From contig NC_087247.1 in NCBI RefSeq assembly GCF_037042905.1, positions 25,048,001 through 25,112,000 on the forward strand: DNA of 64,000 nt, written 5' to 3'. The DNA is from Lytechinus pictus. Its lineage: Eukaryota. The notes under the pieces were generated by a model. It searched no databases. It was given only the letters and a program-made list of their open reading frames with translations, and was not told the DNA's origin. Positions 23,101-35,100 of this stretch are shown here, piece after piece (the stretch's first letter is position 1; every line of letters starts with the position of its first letter). A program made the translations under genes and the position numbers.

Positions 23101-26100
23101 TCTCAATATTCCTTAGTCCTTTATTCATTTCATTTTTGTCCTTTTAAGGTTAATACAACCTAATTTATTCAGTTTTCAAAAGGCATTCCAGTTTTGAAAA
23201 GGGAAGCAAGTGTTTTGAAGACAAAGGGGAAAGGGAAGACAAATATCAATCTATTTTAGATATTAAACAACTCGTGGCAACATCTTTCTTTCACCTAATG
23301 CGAAATCTCATACCATTGCACTCATGTCTATTCGCTATTTGTATACTATGTTAGAGTAAGCAAAAGACAAATATCAGTCTATTTCAGATATCAAACAACT
23401 CGTGGCAACTCCATTCTTTATGTTTCTGTGAATTTCACACATAATCAATTCTATTGAAGACCATTTTATAAGAAGCTTTTTCATTCCAAGTATTGACCCA
23501 ACCACACAACTGTCTGATGGATTAATTAATTGTCTCCTTGTCTCAGTTAGTTGTCTAGTTTCTCAATCAGAGCCTTATTTTTCATCATCTCTACACCTTT
23601 CTGACATGCCTTCCGGTCGAATAACAAATGCTTAATTTCACAATTTTTTTTACTGTCATATTAAAAGTTCTTCATTTGGTGAAAATTGTCTGATTTTTCT
23701 GTTTGGCCTATCCATCAAAAAATATTGAATACCACTTCAGTAAAATGGTTCTAAAATAAACAAGAATATTCAATTTTCAATCACAATGCTATTAACAAAA
23801 GTAAACTGTCTCAATGCAAAAGTAGCAACCATTTTCTTGCTAAAAGATGTAAACAGATATTGCAGATTCTGATGGCCAGTGACCTTCAAGCTGAACTTCA
23901 GCTATACCACAACTTTTCTGACCCAAAGAAACACTGGATTGAAATTGAGAAGTTGATCTGATGTATTACTCTGATAGCACGGAGATCTCCCTGATCTATC
24001 ATAGTCATTTCGAACCACACTAAATGACATACATTGCATAAAATAGGATTCACCTTGGAAAAAGATCAAATAAACAATATTAAAAATGCTCTATAAGTCA
24101 TAAGAAAGATGGGAGGATGAAGAGAGAATATCTGATGAATTAAACCCGAAAAGACCAACAAAATATGAAGTTGAAAATGAAAGAGAGCAAGAGGAGAGAA
24201 AGTGGGAATGAATAATAGACTAACATAAATTAGAGAGAGACAGAAGGTGGTTTCAAACCGCCTCGATCACAAGAATCCCCGTTAAATTACGAGAACTTTT
24301 TTAGGCTGAAAAATACCCATTAATTATTCCTGTATTCACACCGCCCTGAAACATACCCTTCGGGATAAGTTCCTGAAGTTACGAGCATGCGCAGTATGGT
24401 CTGATAAGCAGCAAGGCGCGAAATTCAAAATCACTAGCCCAGCAGCAACCCATGCACGGCGCCGCACCCAACGACACGCTGGGCTAAAAGTTCCTGTAAT
24501 TTGCTTTCAGACCGCCAAAATACCCACGACCTTGGAAAAATCCCCGCGAAAGTTCTCGTAATTTCGCCAAGTACCTACTATTTATCGGGTATTTTCTTTC
24601 GGGGATATTACGCGTAGTTTGCTTTCACACCGCCAAAATACCTGGTATTTTCTGATCGGGGTAAATTTCCCGATCAGAGAATACCTGGAACTTCGAGGCG
24701 GTCTGAAACCACCTAGAGAGAGAGAGAGAGGGGGGGGGGGGGCAGGGTCTTATGACCTTGGCAAATCAAGCAGCTGAACTTGAAAATGACAGCTGTTTGT
24801 TCCAGGAACCAAAACAGTGAGTTTAAAGGGAGACAAAACAACTTTGATCATTGACAATAACTCTCACTCAGGTATACAAGTTACGGTTATCCCTTCTATG
24901 AAAATCTTCACCACTTTCTTTCCTTCTCTAGCTTCTCTCCCTCCTTTTGCAAAAACAATATATTGTCATGACAACAGCTGGGTATACAATAGTCGAAGAA
25001 ACAAGGAAATTCTGAGCTTTGTCCCCTTTTTTCTATGAAAATCACCACCACCTTCCTTTCTTTCTCAAGCCCCCCCCCCCTTTAACACCCCATCTCATCA
25101 CCATGACAACAGCTGGCTACACAATAGTTGTTGGAGCAAGCTTCAAATTTTGGATCTGTCGGTAGGGTCTGGATGGAAAGGAAGTCCAAGATTTGTAGCC
25201 CAAAGCCTCTCTGCCAGGGTCCAGCACCCTAGCTGATGATGGACTATCTCGGGGTTTGGTGCCAACATTTTGGGTGAACAGCCTTGATTTTAGCAGTGCT
25301 TCTGTAGATTAGATGCGATTAGAGGTGGGTAGGGAATGGCAGGGGCTTTATAATGCTTTCTTGATCAAAAGTTCTGCATAAGAATACCCTTACCCCATCT
25401 CACTTCTAAAGTAATACCAGAGAAGGGTTGGAGAACAGACTTTTGAAAAATACTTGAAAAGTGATATTGCACCGAGAAAGGAAGAATAATTTATATCATG
25501 ATTTACAAATTCATGGATGGCAAGAGCTTCAAACCACATTGTATTCTTCTAAGCTATCAATTTTAAAGAAGTTTAATCAAGTGGTAAATTATCAAAAGGA
25601 AGCAAAACTTTACTTTCAAAATGGTCTCATTTGCTCAAGTTGAATGTCCGCAAATGTTCCGCAATAACTTTGATGTAAATTGAACAATATTTTCCATAAG
25701 AATACTACACTGACCTTCATTTTTTTATAATTATGCCAACGCTTCAACAAAAAGTACAATAGAACACCCAAGGGGTAGATTGTGTGGCAGGTTTAATTCT
25801 TGATCCAGCATCTAGGGCATTGATATCATCTGTACTCTGCACATATCATTCGCACCAAAACAAATGCTAAAACATGGTTTTTATTTCATAGAAAATATGA
25901 TATGAACTATAAAAATCTGTGCACCTGGTTCTGTAATTCCCCATGCTACCTTGTTCTGTTTTTAAGGCAATATGCTTCCTTTTTACCTTACTGCACATCA
26001 TAAAACACCATTACGTTTTATTGTGTTTAAAGATTTTTTAAATTCATCATTCTTATTTCAGATGAATGCGTGTGAAATGATTGGCAGTGGTTACTGGAAA

Positions 26101-29100
26101 TCATCACATACATTGCTTTATATGAATGTAAAATTATGAAAGAAAATCCTACCTAACACTCACCCCTTTCCTCTAAAAAATGGAAGCATGAAAAGCAATT
26201 GGTATGAAATTGAACCACACATGAAGATGTGTGTGAGGGTGTGAATGTAAGGAAATCTAAGATTTGTGTTTAAATCTCTCTGCAAATGCACAGCTTCATA
26301 ATGATGAAAGGATTCTTGCATGAATTTCATGAAAATAAAAGTATTGACAAAACAAAAAATCCCTGCCTTTGTTACTTGTTTTCTCACATGTCCTTCTGTT
26401 CCTGCAATTACCAAATCCTTTAAGTCTATTGAAATGCTTATGTGATCGCACACTTTCATAATGCAGCTATCTCTATTTATGAATTTCTACTTTACTACTG
26501 GCTCGGATATGAATTTTTAGCAGAAATGAAAAATAGTAGGAATTTTTTCTTTCATAATTCATGAGGGGATATCAAACATTATCTCCTTAAAGTTTAAAGA
26601 ATTCTACAACCACAAATAATGATTAGTTTGTCCAATTGATAAATCAGAGACTATCAAATACACCATCAATACAAGATAACTCTTTTAGAGAGAGAAATGT
26701 ATCAAAATACTGTTACATTGCAGGCAATGTATTCTAAGGAAGTTAAATCCATGTTTGAATATTCCATGCACTTGATCATGTGTTAGTGAGCAAGCATTTC
26801 ATTTTGGTATCATCACCTGATCTTGGATTAACAAAGCCTCTCTAATTACCCCCATGATCCAGCCACGTAGCTATGCTGTGAATCACTTGCACTAGTCACA
26901 CACAATGTCTTAGTCAAAGCTTTCCCCAGGTACTCCATTTGACATACTCTCGCCTCGTGACATGCCCAACTTATTAACAAACGAAGAACAAATTGAAAAG
27001 TTTGAAAAGAAATTGTGTAGAGCATGTGTGATGAAAAATTCTACCCACAAATAAGAATACCAACTTTTTAAATCCATGAGAGACAATTAAGATATCACTT
27101 TTGATACATCACTTTTGATCCTTCAGAAGTTCAGATACATCAAACAATTCTTTAATTGCATGGCACTTAGATGCTACAAAACCCAGGGGCAAATGTTTTC
27201 TAAAAGCACCATAACATTTTTCCACTTTAATCCCCTCAGCATTTTCTCATTGGTTGTGTATTTCTATGGTTATTTTGTTAACTATCAAAAACTTTTATTG
27301 TTTAAGCTAATGAATATTTATCACGAAAACTACATTAACAAAACCTGTTATGAATTCAGGACTCCGCATAATTTCATTTTATTACTTCAGAAATTTGGCA
27401 GCAGAACTTTCCCAGGCTCACCTGGCACTGGTTCTCCATGGAGATCCAAGAAGTACAAGTGAGAAGTGAAGGCAAAGAAGATCCAGAAAAGATAAATAGA
27501 TGGAGGTGTGATAGGAAGGGGACAGGACAGGTGCGTCCCGCCAAAGAATCAGCCCACGAGGGGTAATGACTCACACCCATCTGTGAAGACATAAGAGCCA
27601 AGGAATGACATTGCATCAACACCAGGGACTTATAGTAGGTCCCAAGAATGTTGGAGAATCTTAAGGACACCGAAAGAGATTAATTAAATCACTTGCAATA
27701 AAGATTACTAGCGGCAGCTTGGAGACAAGCACAGAAGATTCAAAACAAGATTACCTTGGATTGGATAAAGAGTTTTGGCAGATGAATTCAAGATAACTAC
27801 AAAGAAATGCATCTCTGCAAGTCTCTAGGGACAGAATGATAAGAAGGCCTATTCATTGCACCTTCAAAAGGTACAGTGGGATAACCAATTGACTATGAAG
27901 TCCTTAAATTTCTGGTTCATGTCGTCAATTGATAGGTTTGAAACTTTTCAAAGATGTTAGAGTACCGAATTTTTAACAAAAGAAGCCGTTTTTTTTTTTA
28001 ATGACCACTGGAATAAAGTCCGACCGGAAAGATCCGAAGAAATGGGTGTTGGTAAGCAATGAAATTATACTAGTTTATCCAATGTTTTGAGTGACAAACC
28101 AATCAATAATATCGACATCAACAAAGAGGCAAGTGGGGTGGAAGAGGGCCAAGGGGAAAGGGGCAACAGGTGGAAGAACACTCCAAGAGGTTCCACCTGG
28201 GGTGCTGAATCACACCCAATCACCAGAGTTAACCAGAGTAGGGGGTATTTTTCAAGACAAGATAGTGGTTGGGTGGGGAAGAGAGGGGCAGATTCAGGGG
28301 TAGCATCTGTTAGAGTTGCTCCATTATGACAGGGGTAACACAGTTGAAGGGTGCTGGGGATGATAATGCAAAATGAGGATGGCATAGAATTTCAGCCAAA
28401 GTTCAAATATGAATGCTAATACATAGGACCTTCATCATCTCAGGAATTGTAACCCCACTAATAGTGCAATCAACTAATAATCTTTGAATGTAAAACATAA
28501 TGTATCCTTGTACCATTTTCTGTTAATAGTTTTACAATTAAATTTTGGGGCAGATATAGGCCTACACTTACTTTATCTTCAATTTTGCCTGATATTAGGC
28601 CTATATTCTCATCAAAATAACTTACTCTGTCAAGAAGTATAAAGTGTCCGCAGAAAGTTAGGTATAAAGATTAACTTCAAGGTCAATGTTATTATGAATG
28701 TCAAAAGGTGAGAACAAACAAGAGGGCTTAACCGCATGACAACAAACTAATTTTGCTTAACCAAAGGACAACACAATTTCTATTGAACACAAAGAACAGT
28801 AGGCCTGCTGAGATACCACTGATTACAAATAATTCATCTTGACTCATCAAGGCGAGAGGGCAAATGACAACAGGTATTATACCTTTGAAGGAATAAACTT
28901 GACACAAGGTTTTGTAGAAGAGCCAACAGGTTAGCACACAACTGTCACAACAACAAGCTTTATCTGATGTGAAATTTACAGGTCAGCTGGGACCAACTAA
29001 GTCATGACAAAGCTTTTCAACTTGTCATGTATCTAACCTCTCTAAATTTCACAAAAATCTAGTATTAGCACTGTGTAATGATTTTACTACATATTCTACT

Positions 29101-32100
29101 GTTAAGGAGAACATTTTAATAGGGACAGGCCAGGCTTTCAACATTATTGAAACTTGGCTTTTGTCAACAGGAAATTTAAAAATTAGTTAGTTTTATTTTC
29201 TTATTCTTTTCAAACACATACCACTTCTCTATCTACTACATCTATATATATTTTTTTTTCTTCAAATCTTTGGTATACTTTAATATCATAATATGTTTTA
29301 CTAGTCTGCAGGCACAGACCCTGATTGAAACTTTGATCAACAAGTGTGTCTCCACGCAAAGACTAGCACATGGAAGAACTTGCTGTTTCAATTCTGAGCG
29401 AGAGGGCCTTCAGTACACAAGGCATGAGTAGGCTGCACATTCAGACCTTTAACTCGAGTGAAGGGTTTGCACAGCGAACTAATGTATTACCATCACTTAA
29501 ATAAACAATAAAAGTCCAATTTGAGAAAACTTATTTGAGACATGATAGCTGGCTTGTTTAAGCAGTGGTTTTGTTATACAGTTTCAGGGTTCCAAACCAA
29601 GACGATGACTTGTGCACCATGGTGAGGCGGCAGTCCTCAACCCTGGGTCCCATGGGGATCTAAACTTAAAGCTTGTCTTCTGTAGGCTTACTTACACACA
29701 TTTATGGTTTCTCAGTACCAAGATATGACTGATTTCATAAACCCTATATCTAAAGAACTGGGGGGTCTTCTGATCTTACAAGCCATTGAATGTGTCTAGT
29801 TTTCCTACCTTTTCGTCTTTCCCTGGACAAAGAGTGGTCTTCCGCTGACAGGTTCCACTGATTTGTACATAAGCTGATATCTCTGGGCATCTACAAGGTA
29901 TCTATCGATCTGTCCTGGTCTGATCAGGCTGCTCTGTACTTCGCTGCAACCCTGCAAAATAAGGGAAACATTCACATAAAATTCATCAATTTTTAGATCT
30001 GATTTACAGAGAAATACATGTATTGCAATATGTTGCCAGCAGCTATTTTCACCAATAAAAAATGCTTCCTATTTTAGCAATAAATTTTGCTTAGATTATG
30101 TCATCTTTTACTCTTATCAGAAGAGTTAACCTCAATTTAGAAAAAACCTTTTACAATCATTGCTCGCTGTAACGTCCTGTGCTGACTTGCAGAAAATAAT
30201 AATGCACCATTTGATCACTGTTATACAATGTGATGCATGGCTGCTTAATGGAAGTTGACATAACTGTGACTACTAGAACCATAAAAATATCTCAATTATC
30301 TCATAAACAACTGTTGAAAACTCCAATAAATTTTTGGGTGCCATAAGTTGAAGGAAGTTTTAAAACATTCAAGACTTTGTAGAGACGAGCCCAATTATCA
30401 TAAATTTGTGACAGTACTACAGGAAGAACATATGCAACAAGAAGAACAGAAGGTCAACTCTTTCCTTTCAAACAATACAGCCAGGACAGCAATGATCAAC
30501 ATGGCATATTTCAAATGTAAGATTTGTCCATTTACAAATTAACAAACCAATTTTACTATGCCAAATATTTTTAGTACTGTTTACAATACATGTTTTAGTG
30601 AGCAAGCATTCCACTAATATAAAAAGCAATACATTGCTTCTTGCGTTAAGCAATATTATTTGTTAACGACCATATTTCCAGAAGTTGCTAGACTCCTTTA
30701 AAAGTACTAACATGTAAGAATAAGACAATTTTGTTTTACAATTGTATGTTATTTTACAAAGTAATTCCAACAACTAGATATTGGTGTAATGGAGGAAAAT
30801 CCCCATAGTAATGGTATCATGCACCGAAAAATATCAATCCCTAAGTTCTTGTAAAAAACCTCTAAAAGAAGAAATAATTATGTTGGTTGGGACCTATCAT
30901 AGCATAAGACATTTACCAGAGTGGAGACTCCTCTGAGAGATTGCATGATCAGTAATAAATTTTATAAATTGATGTTGCAAAGAAAAAGGCTAGCAATGTC
31001 AAAGTGATAAATACATCAAGAAATAAGCCCATTGTAATAAAAAAACATAAAGCTGTCATCAGCATAACTCCTTCCAATCTCATAATTACTTTTGTCTGGA
31101 TAGAATGTAAGTTTAACAGGCCTCAGCCAATATGCCTCAACAGTCAAGTATATTAGCTGGTCCTACTTATGCTACCACTAAATTACTTCGCTTTCTCCCT
31201 GAAATGCCAATAAACTAAATCAAATAAGGACAAATTGTGTCCTTGAATGTAACAAACTTACCAGAATGGTCAAATTTGTGGAAATAAAGTTTATAGGTAC
31301 ACAAAATATTTTGGCACCTGAAGAAATAAAGGTAAGTGATACCATGTGAGCAGAACTATTAAAACATTTATGAGCAGGCAGCCTAGTATTTTCTTGTAAT
31401 GCTCCATGTCACATTTTTGGCACAAATCCCATATGAAGGTAAGAAATACCGCCCCCTCTGACATTGGGTGGCCTACTCCATGGAGTGATAGTATGAGGTG
31501 AAGAAATTCAGCATGGAATGAGACACCACCACTACACAAGGGGTAAACAGAACACAGTGTGAGTTGATTGTGGGTGTGTGGGGGTGCGTGTGTGGGGGTG
31601 TGTGTGTTTGTGGGTAATCATAAGCAGGAAGACAACATTTGATGTGATCTTTATCATCACATCAGGGTATTCTTAGAATTTTGAATGAAATAGTCATACC
31701 CTTCATTCTAAGGGGGGGGGGGGGTTTGTTTTGTAAGGGCACATCTCCCTGATGTAGCCGAATGAGGGTCTCCTCCTAAACCAAACTTTTCCCTGAAATA
31801 ACCCTTTGCCAAAGTCATCAAATAACACACCATTGTTTAGGTTTACATGGTGGGCACATACAAGAGCTTTGCTAAGACATAGAGATAATAGTATGACAGA
31901 TGGGCTGAGATACGCTTAGGGTGAATGAGAGGGCATCTTAAGTGAATTGCTAGTCCCACTTTGCAATAACCATTAGCAGCATGATAAGATGGTGTGTTTT
32001 GCTAAAGAGGCCCAGACAAAAGGAAGATAATATTAATAGGAAACACATGAATATCATGCATATGACATCTTCCTATCTCATAGGAATAGGGCCTATTTGT

Positions 32101-35100
32101 TTCTTACTTTAATTCAACATCTATTGAGGATTTTTTTCTGATAATCCATATGAATTGAATATTACAACATGCTAAAAACTTACAAATCAATTGCCACTTA
32201 AATGAAATGAGCTAAGAACATGCTCTTTCCTCTTTTATAAACCCCCCTGATATTTTACAGTATCGTAAGATAAAGAAAACCTGCTGAACTTTAAAACGTA
32301 CACAGAGCTCATCAACTAGGCATTGTCACGTCATGAGGCTTGACTTCATGTTATATCAAGCATTAGAAGCATCACCCTCCCAACCAAACAAAATGTTCTA
32401 AAACCCACATCACATCAGCCTTAAAACCAAATTTGCAACCTAATTGGGCTGCTGATTGATGGCAGTGCTCTGATCGAATCCCAACACCCCAGCTACCAAG
32501 GGAGCGCCGGAGAGAGATGCGTTGGTATGGCCTCCTCGTTTGATCCGCTAGATCCTTCCACACAAATGATGACACGTGTGGTGCACATTAGCACCCTGTT
32601 TGTATGCAGTAAGGCTCTATCTGCACAAACGCGACAAAATCCATTAGATAATCATTTCGCTGCCCTTATTTTTCCCCGACCCTTTTTGGAGTCATTTCCC
32701 ACTAAGCTCCTCTAGAGCAACATTTGCGTTGTTAGACGTCGGTTTCGCTACGGTCACTAGGGATCATCAGAGGAGAATGGCTGAGGCTTGTTTCTAGCCG
32801 ATGTTCGACTTCTTAAGACCCCTATTTTTCATCACTTTATCCAAGTTTCAAATCCATTCATCCCCCACCCCTTTCGTACTCCCCCTCCCCTCCCGTCCAT
32901 CCATCTGATCACTTTACTTGCAGTTTAAAATGTCCCAGTCAGTATCTAGGTCATGATGAGAGGTGCCTGTTTCAGGGCTAAAACATCATGCCATACAAGG
33001 TCATGTCAGATCCTTTCACATCCTTGTTTCTTCTTTTAGTATATCAAGATGATGGAGGAAAGAGGAACAAGTCTGCAAAATACTTCCCAATCAGGTGTGC
33101 ATTAAGCAGGCCATAAAAATAGCCAAAGAAGCAGCAAGATTTATTTCAACTTCAAGATTTAGCATTCAAGTTACAGTTAACATACTGTAACCTATCCGCA
33201 GGTTCTTACCTTCTAGACGCAATATCTTTCTTGATATATTTATTTCAGTAGACCTTCATTCAAAGAAAGGTCTGATACTTAAAAATAATCCACTTTAATT
33301 TCTTCAATCAATCTGACATGGAAAATATGTACTACATAGCTGTAATGAATAATAGTTCAGCAGGGGGAGTAGGTGCTGACATAAAGCTATTCAACAAGAC
33401 CCCGGCCCCTACAAATTTGTGAAATTTGAGGATCTTTGATTTTGTCCATAGCAAAGGAAGGAGATACTCCCAGAGACATTATATGGCGTCCGATGCATGG
33501 GACAAGACATAAATGGGCCAGACCTATGACAAAATGTAACCTTACTCAGGCACTACTACAATTCCTCTTATTCAATCCATCTTTTCTTTGGCCCATATAT
33601 TTTGTTTGAGAATCTAGAATAAGTTGATAGAATGTATTAACAAGGTAATGATTGAGTAGATTCTCAGAAGAACCATGGTAGAAGTGGATCAAGGCAATGA
33701 CAAGATGAAATCCTAGACAATAGCATTCATTTTACAATTCCCAATATAAATGCATACTGCCATTCGGAAATATATGAATTCTATAAAGCTGCAAAGAAAT
33801 TCCTCAAATGAACCAGGAGTGTGTCTTTTGAAACAAGGAGGTATTGATGGGTTTCTTATTTCCTTTCCTTTAAATATGAAAGCTTGCAACGTTTTCCAAT
33901 GTTATAAGTACTGTAAAATGTAACCACAGTACAGCAATTGATTTTTAGCAACTTTCTCTCTAATTTATTTCCCTTCTTGAAAAGACTGTTCATAAAAATG
34001 GGTCTTTATTCACACAGCTTGTCATTAATAACAAATGATATGATTCTTAATCAAGTTTGCACACAGCCATCAGGTTGCATTGTATTAGTAGTTCATATAA
34101 AGATTGATACTTGTTATGCCATCAGTGTATATGAACAGGGATTGGGGATACCGTAATCAGTACAGTCATGTATTTACAGCTGATTTCAACATTTTCATTT
34201 TCTTCATAGTTTTTGCTTGCATAAGACTTAACTCTATGCTGAATTGATTGAACAATTTTTTTGTGTCTTGTATGTTATAGTGCCAAGATGAGATGGAAGT
34301 GGAACAAGGCAATGATTGGTGAAACCCAACCCGGCCAGGTTTCAATTTCGATCCACCCAATATATCTGACCAGATAGATTCATTTGAGGAAATTGCAAGA
34401 TGAAACATTAGGATCTACAAGAGTGATTGGTAGCAAAGGATTTTTTTGTTATCAATGTTAAGATGTCATCTAAGAATGATGCATAGAACCTAAACTACAG
34501 AATCATATTCAGACATTTGTACAACTAGGATTAGTATCCAAGATGTCAACTTCAAATTGTTTAAAGGATTTATTTAGTTGATAGAAGACCTCAAGTGGAA
34601 AATATAAAAAAATGTTCAAATTGATTGGTGCTATTATTTGTCTAAAGTTCCTCAAATTATATCTTATGGAAACTGATGAGACTAAGTGTAATTGTAACAT
34701 TGGATTTTTAATGAAGGAGTTGACAGGTGGACTTCTCTGGATAAATGCATTTATCTAAGCATGCGATCTGGTTTTTGGAAGAAAAATGATAATAAAATCC
34801 ATCAAACAGAAAACCTCTTCAAATGTGAGTGTGTCTTTGAAATATGATTGTCATATTTTCCTTTGAAATTTCTGAAAGTTTCTTTACATTAGATAAACAA
34901 TGAAAAATCAAATAAATTTGAGAAATTGATATGAAACTCAGTCATTCCCAACTGAACAATTTCATTGACTTCAGGAAATGAAACTGTTTAGCTCTATTTA
35001 CAAAAACAGAAGAAAAGTATTCAGCCATAAACAGTGTACATAATAAACCACACTTTCCCCACAAGATTTGCAAAATGCAGGGGCAAATGATAAGATCAGG

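Noticed and set aside
23236-23409. Repeat-spacer-repeat as a CRISPR-like array
   Set aside because: Only two imperfect copies, an 82-bp spacer, eukaryotic intron context and no cas genes.
27400-27470. Plus-strand AG...GT-bounded stretch (QNFPRLTWHWFSMEIQEVQ) as a possible nested-gene exon
   Set aside because: No recognisable domain and no partner exons; such stretches are expected by chance.
28065-28385. Overlapping 70-106 aa ORFs on both strands in a G-rich patch
   Set aside because: No homology-like motifs; explained by locally higher GC content reducing stop-codon frequency.
30030-30690. Possible old TIR element (TTTAGCAATAAATTTTGCTTAG vs TTAAGCAATATTATTTGTTAAC) and similar decayed repeat-like patches near 2620-2720, 18120-18320 and 39000-39340
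   Set aside because: Too degenerate and AT-rich to define ends or TSDs by eye; needs a repeat-library search.
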